In this document: positions 46,020 to 59,400 of the stretch, piece by piece
How positions within the stretch are numbered: the first letter of the stretch is position 1
How the letters are laid out: every line of letters starts with the position of its first letter
Assembly: GCA_040285855.1 (NCBI GenBank)
Contig: JAUFOQ010000001.1
Coordinates: forward strand, 3,782,001 to 3,846,000
Direction of reading: 5' to 3'
DNA from: Eukaryota sp. GEM-RC1
Taxonomy: Eukaryota
Length of the DNA stretch: 64,000 nt
Position numbers and translations under genes: made by a program
Notes under the pieces: generated by a model
Told to the model about the DNA's origin: nothing
Database searches by the model: none
Seen by the model: the letters and a program-made list of their open reading frames with translations, nothing else

Positions 46020-48563
46020 ATGGTTGTCATCAACTTTCCATCTGGTAGACGAGAAACTATTCAGTCCAATGTCTCCATAGAGTCTTTCCAATCTGAGTCA
46101 TTTGAACCATCAACTTATATTGGCAAACTTCTTGAAAATCTCCCGTTATTCGAAACAAACGTTTCTCCTACTCGTTCATGTTCAGTTCTCAAGCAACATC
46201 TGGAAACTCTCTTCAATGATCTCACTTTTCTCCACGACTGTCTTGATGACGAAGTATCTGACTGCAAGGATTCCGTTATTTCCTCCACCTCCAAGCTCTC
46301 CGCTGTAGTTTCTTCCTCCAAATCCTCTCTACATCATTCTAAGTCCCTCCTATCATCTCTTCTCAACAACATCTCTGTTCCCCAACATATCGTCTCAGCT
46401 GGAAATGACTTAGCAGATGCCTACCAAGCCCTCACTGAGTCTCAAAACGACGAGAAAGTCCTCTCCAATCTCCTCTCCCTCCTCAATCCTTCTCTTCCTG
46501 ATGACGTGGCAATTAAAGAAGCTGGGTTGTCAGTAGACTTTACTCAGGATCTAGAACCTACCACTATACTTACAATTGTTGATTCTTTTTCTTCCCTGCA
46601 GCATTTGTTTAATAAGAGCGAATCTGATGGGAAAGGGTTCTCTTTTCAAAATTTGAGCATTCCTCCTGAATTTTTAGAAATTTTAGTCAATCGAATTACA
46701 AAGGCTGAGCAGAGTCTTTATAATTCTTGTAATGAGCAGGTTTTTAAATTTATCACACGGTCTGTCAAGTTACCACCAAATCCTTTCCTTGTTCAAACAA
46801 AATTCAAATTTTCTGTAAAGAGAATTCGCCTCAAGATCTCGCTTTGTTCTCTTCCCTTTGTAGTACCTTGTTTCCAATTAGAACGGCTTCATCCTGATGT
46901 TTTCAAATGTAATTCTGCTGCATGTACGTTTATCACCAATAATGTTAAGAATTTTGAAATTTCACCAAAATTAGTTATTGATGCAGCTAATTCTGTAGCT
47001 TTCAATACCCCATTGGTAGGTTTTTTCTCGTCATTAGAGGGTTTAGTTAAGTCTTTTCTTCCAGTATTAGTATTTCTTTCTGATTGCGGTCTTGATGACG
47101 TTTGTGATTGGCCAGAAGAGCTCAATGCAGAAACTTTCCGTTTTAAATGTATGAAACCAACTGTCTGTCACGTCATCCACGTAATCAAATCCCTCAGTGG
47201 TCCTGCGTGCGTCTCTATTCTTGACCTTCTCCTAAATAATACCAGGAAGCCAATCAAATCAGCACCAATCAAAGAAAAAGAGCTCAAAAAAGAAAAAAAC
47301 TCTCAAGTTTTCTCGTACTCAACGATCTCCTTCAATTACTGAAGCTAAACCTCCACCTCCACCTAAACCTCTCTCTTTAAACCAGTACTTAGAGGGGTTA
47401 GTTTCAATTGGACTGTTTGGGCAGAGGTTCGCTTCTAGATTAGCTGATGTTGTTGTAGGAATTTCAGAGTTGGACAAGGGAGAAGTTCAGCCGTTCAAGA
47501 TGTTTTTGAAAAATGTCTCAAATTTTCAAATTCAGAAGCATCTGCAATCGTATCAAGAACTAGAATTGGCGTTTATAATGGAGCTCACTGATTTGGATCA
47601 TTCACTCGTGCCATCAGTTTTGATTGGCTTCAGTAGTCTTGATAAAATATTCTCATTGGACAAATTTGAAAATTGTTTCTCTTTGGTTTTTAAATCTTGT
47701 GAACGGTGTTTTCAACTTTTTGAATTTTCGAAATCATTTAATTATTCATTGTCTTTTGTCGAGTTTCAAATTCATTCCCTTTGCAGTTTTGTTTCCCACT
47801 TATTGACAACGTTCTCTTCGTTTACAATTCACCCGGACAATGTTTCAGAAATTTCCATAATTCCAAAGTTTTTCACATACATCCGGTCGCTTGTTGCATT
47901 GTCACTAAATTTCATTACAGAATTTAAAAATAGATGGCAAATTGACCCTAAAGATGACGTCATCAACAATCGTCTAATCACTCTCTTAAGAAGACTTTCT
48001 GAACCCGAACCACATATTTCAAAATTGTTATCGGTGTTTCTTGAAGGTGTTGAAATCTGCTCAGAACAAATCACCAGCGAGTTACTTCAGTCGTCATCAA
48101 ACATGTTGTATGACGGTCGGATTGCTCAGAAGTTCTCGTCATCACTTTCCCCTTTGATTTCTGAATTAGGAAGGAACGTGTCATGTCCGTCACTCAAAGC
48201 TCTTGGGACTGAGGTTTCATTTGCCTTGTTTAGAGGAATTCTCAAAGGAATTTCTTCTGAAGAAGTGTCTAAAATCAAAGTTGGTAGATTTGACATTGTA
48301 CAAAGACCTTTGTTGTTTTTAAAAAATCTAGGTAACGACCTTTTGGTGCTGAATCTGTACAAGAAGCTGTAACATTTTTGAAAGATTTGTTGTTTTTAAA
48401 AGAAGATATGAATATGAAAGATCTGTCAGAGTCAGCTTTGAGGTTGTTGTCAGTTGAAACTTTGTTTAATTTTTTAAAAACTGCAGATTTAACTGATAAG
48501 GAAATTGAAAAGATTTGTGATTTGTTTAAGCAACGGCGTCCGATTGATGCTGGTATGAAATAA
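46020..48563 (+). CDS. Large helical protein, possibly exocyst Sec10-like; frameshifted
   Basis: Consecutive ORFs 46020-47342, 47470-48372, 48378-48563; N-terminal F..E.FEP..YI.KL then coiled coil, and CERCFQL resemble CATCHR/Sec10 proteins. Confidence 0.45.
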
Positions 48564-48924
48564 TTGAAATTTAACTTGTTGAATTTAAATTAGTTGAAAT
48601 TGATTTTCTAGGATTGTTCCTTTTTTTGTGCTTTGAATTGCTTCCAGATGTCCTTTTTGTTGTAAGTTACTGTAGTTGTTGTAGCGTGTTAACACGTGAT
48701 GTGTATATATAGGTATAAGAATTTTGTTACATATAAGTGTTGTCCTTCCGATAATGAGGATCTGTTATTTCTCCCAACATTACATCAAACGAAGGAGACG
48801 ATTCTTTTTTTAAATGAATCTGTTCTTTGAGACAACACATTGAAGTTCTGGAAACAAAAAGAGTATGTTCAGACGCAGTGATAAAAGTGTCACTGTTTTG
48901 GTAATAGTATTATTATAAATGTAA

Positions 48925-50385
48925 TAGATCAAACAACTAAAATTTGATATCATTAAAACAACACCCGTCGCTATCAAACCTCACAACAGCTTTGTCCTCA
49001 TAAAAGGAACTCACTGCTAATAAAGCTTTGGAGATGATTAGGGGAACTGTTTTAAAAACAGTAAAAACGATCCGATTCAACCATAACATATGATCAAAAC
49101 GTTTGTCCATCCTACTTTTTACGATTTTTCTGAAATCGTTAAAAAAATTCAATGCAAATTTTCCTTAAACGTCCGTAAATTGGAAACAGCAAAAGGGCAT
49201 AATTCGTATTCAACATGTTTTACAAGTTTTAGAGCTATCAATGGTTTCTTGTACTTATCCTGTTTGGCCTGTTCAGAAATGTCTAAAGGAGAAGTTTCAG
49301 ACGAAGCGTTCTTTAAAGAGATCTTTTACAAACATCCACTGACACTACATCAACAACAAACAATTTGTCTGAAGAAAAAGGGACAACAACATCTGCTCTC
49401 CGTTTACCAAAAAATTGGTGCTGTTTTTCGACATTACAATTATTATTTGGGTCTTGAGATCTTAGAAGTGGTTCAACAAATGACTCAATTTTGTAAGACT
49501 TACACATAGCATGTATTTGATCTCTTACAGCATCATGCATACACGTTCGATTAGTTATGTAGCGATTACAACTTAACAGATGAGAAAACGTTAATTGTTT
49601 TCCACAACTACATTGAAGATCATTTGGCAAATTATATGGCCATAAATAACAACGAAGTCTCATTGTAGTGGTCCATTGATGATCATTTAATATCAAACCA
49701 TATACTTGTGGAATTTGATTAATTAATGCCACAGCAGAACTCTCCTTTAAATCAATTAAAAAATGAGCGAAAACTGGATTTTTTCTTTCGCCGAGCTAAG
49801 ACGAACTGTATAATTTAGACTTCAAAATATTTTAATAAATGATTTTGTAGCTTTTTTAAAGCAAACTTTAAAGACAAAACGTTTCGACATGGAATTTCCT
49901 TGATATCAACAGGAAAGCAAGATGACCATAACTCAGGAGAAAGATTTCCTATTTCACCACGGAGATGATTAAGATAAAAGCTACAAGTACTTCCAAGAAG
50001 AGAAGTTCTTGATGGAAATCGTTGACAAAACTCGAATACAAAATTCTTTCCACCACCAATAAAAGCTGCTTTAGTCCACCATTTAGAAGATGTAAATCCC
50101 AAACCTCCAAGATATGGACTGGAAACTGTGTGGTTATTTAAAATGTTGGGGTTGACTTGAAGAAGGAATGAAAGAAAGTCTGTGCGAATTTTGTTAAAGG
50201 CTCTACAAAAATCATACGATAACTCAGGAGTAAGGGACCTCAAAAGATGAGTAATTTTACCAGAATTACAAATTTTGAGCATGAAAAATTTTAAGTGTTT
50301 TTCAATTTCAAGAACTTTAATCTTATCCAACTCTTGTTGAATCGAAATCAAGAAATCATCAAGGTTTTTGACAATATCTTCCTTT
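48925..50385 (-). mobile_element. 5'-truncated CRE-like copy of a diverged family A subfamily
   Basis: HLKFFMLKIC, GGLGFTSSKWW, CSCG..H..C, HDAVRD, RADV, CCFNDIKF*. Confidence 0.9.
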
Positions 50386-50449
50386 TTACTTCTTTTTTTA
50401 AATAATAATTGAATATTTAACAAAATCTAATTATTCAAATGTACTCTAA

Positions 50450-53400
50450 AAAAAGCGGGGTTTATGATCAGTCAGTGAAATAAATGCATTTGCAGAAGTT
50501 AATAACTAACAGACACTAACTAAAATATCTAAACTATGATCCTTCTGTCAATCATCGAACAACTTACCTAAAATTGAATTAAAATAGCTGTGCATTGAAC
50601 GAAACAACGCAAACGTTAACCAACTCAACCAAAAATTTTCATGGAAAACTTTACTGTACTCAGAACACAATTTACCAAAGGAGGTTAAAAAACCTTGTGC
50701 AGCTGGTCCAATATTACCGTATATCGACATCGCAAAAGGTTGAAACACAAAAGAATTGTACCTGTCAAAATTCAATTGGTTAATTAAGTGACAGTACTTT
50801 GTATTTTTTTCTTTTTCAGCCACTTCAAGAGCAGAAAAATCATCATCAAAATTTTTGGAAATTGATCTTGAATTACAAGGATCAACAGTCGTGAAATCCA
50901 TGATAATTTCCTGACAAGATAACCAAGGAACCACGACTTCTATCAACTTTTGGCTGATCAGAAAGATTAGCAAGTAAAGGTTCAATTTTTCCATGAAAAC
51001 CATTAGCCTTAAACATATCCAAACATGTATCCCGGATACTGTTGTGAGTAATTGACCGAAAATGAATAAATTGATGACAGTTAACTAAATGATGAAAATT
51101 TGAAGCCCTTGAACGACCACAAAGACATGGAGCATGCTTCAAAAGACCTGAAGGCCATAAATCTAACCTAAGTCTCATGTTTATAAGCCATTCATGATCC
51201 TTAAGATTAAAACAAAATTTTCTTGGCAAACGAGACACAAATGAAGACGCAGAGCTTGAAGAAATGTCATTCAAAAAGGCACAAAAAGCGGGACTCTTAG
51301 TCTTAGCCAAGCTAATACAGTTTTTAAAGTCCAAGCTTTCATGAAACAAAACAAACTTCTTCTGTAACTTGCGAACACGCAAAGGCAAAGAGAAAATGCT
51401 TCTCTGCTGAATTTCTGTTACCCCAACAGGAAATAAATCTGACCACAAATTGGAGTCAAGATTATCAATTAAATTTTGAAGACTAATTGACCATGTACAA
51501 GGTGAGTGAAGTAAAGAATCTTTCGTTTTCCATAACACAGGATAACGGTTCTGAAAGTCAAACAAAAAATTGCAATTGGTCGAACACCATTACACGGTTT
51601 AGATAAAGCTACTAAACGACTATATTTCAACGCAAGAGGAAATTTGTGTGGTTGTGAACAAATCAAATTGAAAAAGTATATCGAATTCAATAATTTCAAT
51701 TTAGCACAATATTTTTCTATTATATATTTTTCACCAATCAGCAAGGGGTTTTTAGCATCAGATTTAGCAAGTTTCTTGTTGGAATCATTACAAACATCAA
51801 TAGACATAACATCAGCAATAATGAAAGATTTATCAAGACTAGGAAATATGACAAAACCACGGCTATTTCCAAACGATTTGTCAACATCTGTATCAGCAAA
51901 CAAACCAGCCAGAACTGGTTCTAAAAAGGAAACTATTTCATAAGATTTACACATACAATATCATTGATCCCTTACAGAATCATGAACCTTACTTCTAAAA
52001 GAAATAAAACGGTTACAATTCAATAAATGTGTAGGTGTTACAGATTGCCCACATTGGCATTTCAAATTATGTGGAAGGTTATGAAGCCGTAAACGCATGT
52101 TTAATGACCAAGAGTTATCATCAAGAAGAAGATTGTAAACTTGAGGGATTTGAGTAATCAGACATGAAGCAGAGCTATTAGAAACATCCGTTAAGAAATT
52201 TGCAAAAGTGGGATTTTTTTTCTTGGACGTGCCAAGTATTTTTTGCACCAATTTATTTTTATTGACAACAACACTACAGTGTACATACATCCAATAATCA
52301 ATATCCTCAAAGTCCAGATTGCCTATCTGGAAATTCTCACCAACGTTATCCTCATAATGTCTGCCAAGAGATAACAAAGCGCTAGATACGAAAGTCACCA
52401 TACCTTTAAAGATAACCAACACGATTCGATTTGTCCAAAATCAAAGATCAAAAGTCCTAGATGATTTTTTACAATCTTTACAAAGATTTTAAGTAATGAG
52501 TTCACCTAAAGAAACGTACATTGAAAATACATAAGGGTACAACAAGTAATTCGAGTGTGAAACCGAATTCAATAAAAAAACGGGGTTTATGATCAGTCAG
52601 TGAAATAAATGCATTTGCAGAAGTTAATAACTAACAGACACTAACTAAAATATCTAAACTATGATCCTTCTGTCAATCATCGAACAACTTACCTAAAATT
52701 GAATTAAAATAGCTGTGCATTGAACGAAACAACGCAAACGTTAACCAACTCAACCAAAAATTTTCATGGAAAACTTTACTGTACTCAGAACACAATTTAC
52801 CAAAGGAGGTTAAAAAACCTTGTGCAGCTGGTCCAATATTACCGTATATCGACATCGCAAAAGGTTGAAACACAAAAGAATTGTACCTGTCAAAATTCAA
52901 TTGGTTAATTAAGTGACAGTACTTTGTATTTTTTTCTTTTCAGCCACTTCAAGAGCAGAAAAATCATCATCAAAATTTTTGGAAATTGATCTTGAATTAC
53001 AAGGATCAACAGTCGTGAAATCCATGATAATTTCCTGACAAGATAACCAAGGAACCACGACTTCTATCAACTTTTGGCTGATCAGAAAGATTAGCAAGTA
53101 AAGGTTCAATTTTTCCATGAAAACCATTAGCCTTAAACATATCCAAACATGTATCCCGGATACTGTTGTGAGTAATTGACCGAAAATGAATAAATTGATG
53201 ACAGTTAACTAAATGATGAAAATTTGAAGCCCTTGAACGACCACAAAGACATGGAGCATGCTTCAAAAGACCTGAAGGCCATAAATCTAACCTAAGTCTC
53301 ATGTTTATAAGCCATTCATGATCCTTAAGATTAAAACAAAATTTTCTTGGCAAACGAGACACAAATGAAGACGCAGAGCTTGAAGAAATGTCATTCAAAA

Positions 53401-56400
53401 AGGCACAAAAAGCGGGACTCTTAGTCTTAGCCAAGCTAATACAGTTTTTAAAGTCCAAGCTTTCATGAAACAAAACAAACTTCTTCTGTAACTTGCGAAC
53501 ACGCAAAGGCAAAGAGAAAATGCTTCTCTGCTGAATTTCTGTTACCCCAACAGGAAATAAATCTGACCACAAATTGGAGTCAAGATTATCAATTAAATTT
53601 TGAAGACTAATTGACCATGTACAAGGTGAGTGAAGTAAAGAATCTTTCGTTTTCCATAACACAGGATAACGGTTCTGAAAGTCAAACAAAAAATTGCAAT
53701 TGGTCGAACACCATTACACGGTTTAGATAAAGCTACTAAACGACTATATTTCAACGCAAGAGGAAATTTGTGTGGTTGTGAACAAATCAAATTGAAAAAG
53801 TATATCGAATTCAATAATTTCAATTTAGCACAATATTTTTCTATTATATATTTTTCACCAATCAGCAAGGGGTTTTTAGCATCAGATTTAGCAAGTTTCT
53901 TGTTGGAATCATTACAAACATCAATAGACATAACATCAGCAATAATGAAAGATTTATCAAGACTAGGAAATATGACAAAACCACGGCTATTTCCAAACGA
54001 TTTGTCAACATCTGTATCAGCAAACAAACCAGCCAGAACTGGTTCTAAAAAGGAAACTATTTCATAAGATTTACACATACAATATCATTGATCCCTTACA
54101 GAATCATGAACCTTACTTCTAAAAGAAATAAAACGGTTACAATTCAATAAATGTGTAGGTGTTACAGATTGCCCACATTGGCATTTCAAATTATGTGGAA
54201 GGTTATGAAGCCGTAAACGCATGTTTAATGACCAAGAGTTATCATCAAGAAGAAGATTGTAAACTTGAGGGATTTGAGTAATCAGACATGAAGCAGAGCT
54301 ATTAGAAACATCCGTTAAGAAATTTGCAAAGTGGGATTTTTTTCTTGGACGTGCCAAGTATTTTTTGCACCAATTTATTTTTATTGACAACAACACTACA
54401 GTGTACATACATCCAATAATCAATATCCTCAAAGTCCAGATTGCCTATCTGGAAATTCTCACCAACGTTATCCTCATAATGTCTGCCAAGAGATAACAAA
54501 GCGCTAGATACGAAAGTCACCATACCTTTAAAGATAACCAACACGATTCGATTTGTCCAAAATCAAAGATCAAAAGTCCTAGATGATTTTTTTACAATCT
54601 TTACAAAGATTTTAAGTAATGAGTTCACCTAAAGAAACGTACATTGAAAATACATAAGGGTACAACAAGTAATTCGAGTGTGAAACCGAATTCAATAAAA
54701 AAACGGGGTTTATGATCAGTCAGTGAAATAAATGCATTTGCAGAAGTTAATAACTAACAGACACTAACTAAAATATCTAAACTATGATCCTTCTGTCAAT
54801 CATCGAACAACTTACCTAAAATTGAATTAAAATAGCTGGGCATTGAACGAAACAACGCAAACGTTAACCAACTCAACCAAAAATTTTCATGGAAAACTTT
54901 ACTGTACTCAGAACACAATTTACCAAAGGAGGTTAAAAAACCTTGTGCAGCTGGTCCAATATTACCGTATATCGACATCGCAAAAGGTTGAAACACAAAA
55001 GAATTGTACCTGTCAACATTCAATTGATTAATTAAGTGACAGTACTTTTGTATTTTTTTCTTTTTCAGCCACTTCAAGAGCAGAAAAATCATCATCAAAA
55101 TTTTTCGAAATTGATCTTGAATTACAAGGATCAACAGTCGTGAAATCCATGATAATTTCCTGACAAGATAACCAAGGAACCACGACTTCTATCAACCTTT
55201 GGCTGATCAGAAAGATTAGCAAGTAAAGGTTCAATTTTTCCATGAAAACCATTAGCCTTAAACATATCCAAACATGTATCCCGGATACTGTTGTGAATAA
55301 TTGACCGAAAATGGATAAATTGATGACAGTTAACTAAATGATGAAAATTTGAAGCCCTTGAACGACCACAAAGACATGGAGCATGCTTCAAAAGACCTGA
55401 AGGCCATAAATCTGACCTAAGTCTCATGTTTATAAGCCATTCATGATCCTTAAGATTAAAACAAAATTTTCTGGGCAAACGAGACACAAATGAAGACGCA
55501 GAGCTTGAAGAAATGTCATTCAAAAATGCACAAAAAGCGGGACTCTTAGTCTTAGCCAAGCTAATACGGTTTTTAAAGTCCAAGCTTTCGTGAAACAAAA
55601 CAAACTTCTTCTGTAACTTGCGAACACACAAAGGCAAAGAGAAAATGCTTCTCTGCTGAATTTCTGTTACCCCAACAGGAAATAAATCTGACCACAAATT
55701 GGAGTCAAGACTATCAATTAAATTTTGAAGACTAATTAACCATGTACAAGGTGAGTGAAGTAAAGAATCTTTCGTTTTCCATAACACAGGATAACGGTTC
55801 TGAAAGTCAAACAAAAAATTGCAATTGGTCGAACACCATTACACGGTTTAGATAAAGCTACTAAACGACTATATTTCAACGCAAGAGGAAATTTGTGTGG
55901 TTGTGAACAAATCAAATTGAAAAAGTATATCGAATTCAATAATTTCAATTTAGCACAATATTTTTCTATTATATATTTTTCACCAATCAGCAAGGGGTTT
56001 TTAGCATCAGATTTAGCAAGTTTCCTGTTGGAATCATTACAAACATCAATAGACATAACATCAGCAATAATGAAAGATTTATCAAGACTAGGAAATATGA
56101 CAAAACCACGGCTATTTCCAAACGATTTGTCAACATCTGTATCAGCAAACAAACCAGCCAGAACTGGTTCTAAAAGGAAACTATTCCATAAGATTTACAC
56201 ATACAATATCATTGATCCCTTACAGAATCATGAACCTTACTTCTAAAAGAAATAAAACGGTTACAATTCAATAAATGTGTAGGTGTTACAGATTGCCCAC
56301 ATTGGCATTTCAAATTATGTGGAAGGTTATGAAGCCGTAAACGCATGTTTAATGACCAAGAGTTATCATCAAGAAGAAGATTGTAAACTTGAGGGATTTG

Positions 56401-59400
56401 AGTAATCAGACATGAAGCAGAGCTATTAGAAACATCCGTTAAGAAATTTGCAAAAGTGGGATTTTTTTTTCTTGGACGTGCCAAGTATTTTTTGCACCAA
56501 TTTATTTTTATTGACAACAACACTACAGTGTACATACATCCAATAATCAATATCCTCAAAGTCCAGATTGCCTATCTGGAAATTCTCACCAACGTTATCC
56601 TCATAATGTCTGCCAAGAGATAACAAAGCGCTAGATACGAAAGTCACCATACCTTTAAAGATAACAAACACGATTCGATTTGTCCAAAATCAAAGATCAA
56701 AAGTCCTAGATGATTTTTTTTACAATCTTTACAAAGATTTTAAGTAATGAGTTCACCTAAAGAAACGTACATTGAAAATACATAAGGGTACAACAAGTAA
56801 TTCGAGTGTGAAACCGAATTCAATAAAAAAACGGGGTTTATGATCAGTCAGTGAAATAAATGCATTTGCAGAAGTTAATAACTAACAGACACTAACTAAA
56901 ATATCTAAACTATGATCCTTCTGTCAATCATCGAACAACTTACCTAAAATTGAATTAAAATAGCTGGGCATTGAACGAAACAACGCAAACGTTAACCAAC
57001 TCAACCAAAAATTTTCATGGAAAACTTTACTGTACTCAGAACACAATTTACCAAAGGAAGTTAAAAAACCTTGTGCAGCTGGTCCAATATTACCGTATAT
57101 CGACATCGCAAAAGGTTGAAACACAAAAGAATTGTACCTGTCAACATTCAATTGGTTAATTAAGTGACAGTACTTTGTATTTTTTTCTTTTTCAGCCACT
57201 TCAAGAGCAGAAAAATCATCATCAAAATTTTTCGAAATTGATCTTGAATTACAAGGATCAACAGTCGTGAAATCCATGATAATTTCCTGACAAGATAACC
57301 AAGGAACCACGACTTCTATCAACCTTTGGCTGATCAGAAAGATTAGCAAGTAAAGGTTCAATTTTTCCATGAAAACCATTAGCCTTAAACATATCCAAAC
57401 ATGTATCCCGGATACTGTTGTGAATAATTGACCGAAAATGGATAAATTGATGACAGTTAACTAAATGATGAAAATTTGAAGCCCTTGAACGACCACAAAG
57501 ACATGGAGCATGCTTCAAAAGACCTGAAGGCCATAAATCTGACCTAAGTCTCATGTTTATAAGCCATTCATGATCCTTAAGATTAAAACAAAATTTTCTG
57601 GGCAAACGAGACACAAATGAAGACGCAGAGCTTGAAGAAATGTCATTCAAAAATGCACAAAAAGCGGGACTCTTAGTCTTAGCCAAGCTAATACGGTTTT
57701 TAAAGTCCAAGCTTTCGTGAAACAAAACAAACTTCTTCTGTAACTTGCGAACACACAAAGGCAAAGAGAAAATGCTTCTCTGCTGAATTTCTGTTACCCC
57801 AACAGGAAATAAATCTGACCACAAATTGGAGTCAAGACTATCAATTAAATTTTGAAGACTAATTAACCATGTACAAGGTGAGTGAAGTAAAGAATCTTTC
57901 GTTTTCCATAACACAGGATAACGGTTCTGAAAGTCAAACAAAAATTGCAATTGGTCGAACACCATTACACGGTTTAGATAAAGCTACTAAACGACTATAT
58001 TTCAACGCAAGAGGAAATTTGTGTGGTTGTGAACAAATCAAATTGAAAAAGTATATCGAATTCAATAATTTCAATTTAGCACAATATTTTTCTATTATAT
58101 ATTTTTCACCAATCAGCAAGGGGTTTTTAGCATCAGATTTAGCAAGTTTCTTGTTGGAATCATTACAAACATCAATAGACATAACATCAGCAATAATGAA
58201 AGATTTATCAAGACTAGGAAATATGACAAAACCACGGCTATTTCCAAACGATTTGTCAACATCTGTATCAGCAAACAAACCAGCCAGAACTGGTTCTAAA
58301 AAGGAAACTATTCCATAAGATTTACACATACAATATCATTGATCCCTTACAGAATCATGAACCTTACTTCTAAAAGAAATAAAACGGTTACAATTCAATA
58401 AATGTGTAGGTGTTACAGATTGCCCACATTGGCATTTCAAATTATGTGGAAGGTTATGAAGCCGTAAACGCATGTTTAATGACCAAGAGTTATCATCAAG
58501 AAGAAGATTGTAAACTTGAGGGATTTGAGTAATCAGACATGAAGCAGAGCTATTAGAAACATCCGTTAAGAAATTTGCAAAAGTGGGATTTTTTTTCTTG
58601 GACGTGCCAAGTATTTTTTGCACCAATTTATTTTTATTGACAACAACACTACAGTGTACATACATCCAATAATCAATATCCTCAAAGTCCAGATTGCCTA
58701 TCTGGAAATTCTCACCAACGTTATCCTCATAATGTCTGCCAAGAGATAACAAAGCGCTAGATACGAAAGTCACCATACCTTTAAAGATAACCAACACGAT
58801 TCGATTTGTCCAAAATCAAAGATCAAAAGTCCTAGATGATTTTTTTACAATCTTTACAAAGATTTTAAGTAATGAGTTCACCTAAAGAAACGTACATTGA
58901 AAATACATAAGGGTACAACAAGTAATTCGAGTGTGAAACCGAATTCAATAAAAAAAACGGGGTTTATGATCAGTCAGTGAAATAAATGCATTTGCAGAAG
59001 TTAATAACTAACAGACACTAACTAAAATATCTAAACTATGATCCTTCTGTCAATCATCGAACAACTTACCTAAAATTGAATTAAAATAGCTGTGCATTGA
59101 ACGAAACAACGCAAACGTTAACCAACTCAACCAAAAATTTTCATGGAAAACTTTACTGTACTCAGAACACAATTTACCAAAGGGAAGTTAAAAAACCTTG
59201 TGCAGCTGGTCCAATATTACCGTATATCGACATCGCAAAAGGTTGAAACACAAAAGAATTGTACCTGTCAACATTCAATTGGTTAATTAAGTGACAGTAC
59301 TTTGTATTTTTTTCTTTTCAGCCACTTCAAGAGCAGAAAAATCATCATCAAAATTTTTCGAAATTGATCTTGAATTACAAGGATCAACAGTCGTGAAATC

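Noticed and set aside
50882..51565. 227-aa ORF in each array unit as a domesticated gene
   Set aside because: No ATG start, RT core deleted, endonuclease frameshifted; retention is explained by recent amplification.
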